From assembly GCA_002269645.1 (NCBI GenBank), contig NIVC01000248.1, forward strand, positions 1-64,000: 64,000 nt of DNA, given 5' to 3'. The position numbers and the translations under genes are program-made. Shown here in pieces: positions 62,392 to 64,000 of the stretch. The stretch is from Macrostomum lignano. Lineage: Eukaryota. How positions within the stretch are numbered: the stretch's first letter is position 1; every line of letters begins with the position of its first letter. Below the pieces are notes generated by a model. That model ran no database searches, was not told the origin of the DNA, and was given only the letters and a program-made list of their open reading frames with translations.

Positions 62392-64000
62392 ATGGCTCAG
62401 TCGTACGCGACCGTTCTCAACCTGATTTCGGCTGGATGTGTTGGCCTGATTGCCACTGCAGTTGCAGCGCTGCTCTCCAGTCAGTGCTCCCTGTACGGTC
62501 TCGGCTTTCTGGGTAAGCTGTGACTGAAGCTTGCTTGAACTTGGAAACGCGTTAAAACAAACATTTTGTTTTGTTTCAGGAATTATCTGCAGTGCCGCCA
62601 CTTCGATCGCACTGACTTGTCAGTATCTGCGTCAAATGAGGCCGTGCAACACTCTGAGCTGGAATGGGTTCATCCAGATGGCTAAGACACGGCTGCTCAC
62701 CGCTACTCTAGGCAGGTACTCGGTGTGGAACCTGAAGCGGGCGTACAGGTCTGGCAGCAGGATGCTAGAGATGCAGCACATCACTCTCATGAAGCACGTG
62801 GCACGAAGCAGGAACACCGTTTTCGGCCGCGATCACGGGTTCGCTGAGATCCGTGGAATCGATGATTTCCGAGCTCGAGTGCCGGTTCGCGACTATGCCG
62901 AGCTGGACAAGTACAACCAGCTGGCCTACCGAGGCGAGCCAAACGTGTTCTTCCCGGGTGGAGTCGAATTTCTCTTTAAAACCAGCGGCACCACTGGCAA
63001 AAATAAAACTTTTCCCGGAGCCAGACGCTTCTTGAAGGACTTCGCAACGGCTTTCCTGGCGACAAAGTTCTGTTTTGAAGAGTTCACTCGGAAGTCTGGG
63101 CGCAGGTGCAGCATGGCTCGCCAACTGATGACGTCGGTGCATTCAGCAGACAAAAGAAACGAATTCGGCGTGCCGACCGGACCGCTTTCAAAGTTCGTTG
63201 TGTCCCGAGGTTTGTTTTCCGAGCTATTTGCTGTACCAATAGGCTTTCTGCCTTATTCAGAGTTATGATACTCCAGGCTATTCCATTGTATTTCTACCGT
63301 ATACTACCACAAATGGCATCTTTGTGTCTAGCATTGCTGTTTATTGGATAAACCAAAACACTGCAGGTGACATACTCACAACTCCGGTAGAACCGTTTCA
63401 AAGAGTTCACGACGCCAAGGCTGCATTCTACATTCATGCTGTATTCGCCCTGTGGCACGACAGAATCGGAGATGTCAGCGCCTTCTACCCGACCACTCTT
63501 AGCACCTTCATTCGGTGCGTGATTGACAACTGGGACTCGGTGCTCAGCGACATCGAGAGAGGCCGTTTAAGCGCGGACAAAGTCGGGATCGAGCCCGAGC
63601 TGCTCGCAGCTCTGAACAGCCACCTCAGCCCCAAACCAGCGCGAGCTGCACAGCTTCGAGCTTTGTTCGGAGACGGACAAGACCTGAGCGGCTTCTTTGA
63701 GAAGGCATGGCCGGACATTCCGTGCGTGATGCTGGCTCGCTCCGGCTCGTTCCAGTCTTCCTACCGGTACCTGCGAAAGTACCTGGGCAATCTTCCCACA
63801 TTCGGGTCTGTGCTGAGTGGAAGCGAGGGCTTTGTTGGCATAAACATCAACGTGAAGGAAGTTGATTGCAATGTGCCAGAGCGCTACAATCCCATGCTCT
63901 CGCCCTCCTTCGTGGAGTTCGTCCCCGTTGACGCGGGAGGCTCTGACGTTGGTGAAGCAAAACTGGCTCATGAGCTCGAGGTCGGAGGCCTCTACGAGAC
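62392..64000 (+). CDS. GH3-family acyl-acid amido synthetase-like / GH3 domain-containing protein, 5' part; exons 62392-62512, 62580-63209, 63367 to window end
   Basis: N-terminal hydrophobic pair. GH3 motifs: TVFGRDHGF, FRARVPVRDY, KTSGTTGKNKTFP (motif I), HLSPKPARAAQLR, AWPDIPCV, LSGSEGFVGIN (motif II), FVEFVP, ELEVGGLYE. Phase-1 GT/AG introns keep the frame. Confidence 0.9.

Overview
This is eukaryotic (animal) genomic DNA: GC-rich spliceosomal exons, AT-rich intergenic DNA and dense mini/microsatellites. The style suggests a free-living flatworm such as Macrostomum, but that is inference only. In order, the window holds: (1) part of a minus-strand gene for an acidic, disordered protein; (2) a 5'-truncated, frameshifted LOA/R1-group non-LTR retrotransposon (APE-RT-RNase H-CCHC) with an 8-bp TSD, plus a 61-bp 3'-end stub of a related element; (3) two non-autonomous DNA transposons, one carrying a ~179-bp satellite; (4) two divergent tandem profilin genes and a possible third remnant; (5) two tandem PIM-family kinase genes; (6) a ~15-kb latrophilin/CIRL-like adhesion GPCR gene (SUEL lectin, Thr-rich stalk, GAIN/GPS, 7TM, PDZ tail); (7) a decayed mariner whose HPAYSP segment has expanded into a minisatellite; (8) the 5' part of a GH3/GHDC-family gene. 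The most interesting signal is a pair of phase-matched exons in the adhesion GPCR, each encoding a different C-terminal half of the lectin domain, where only one can be used in frame. All gene models were read by eye from GT/AG sites and frame continuity; no expression data or database searches were available. Most long ORFs in the supplied track are repeat artefacts.
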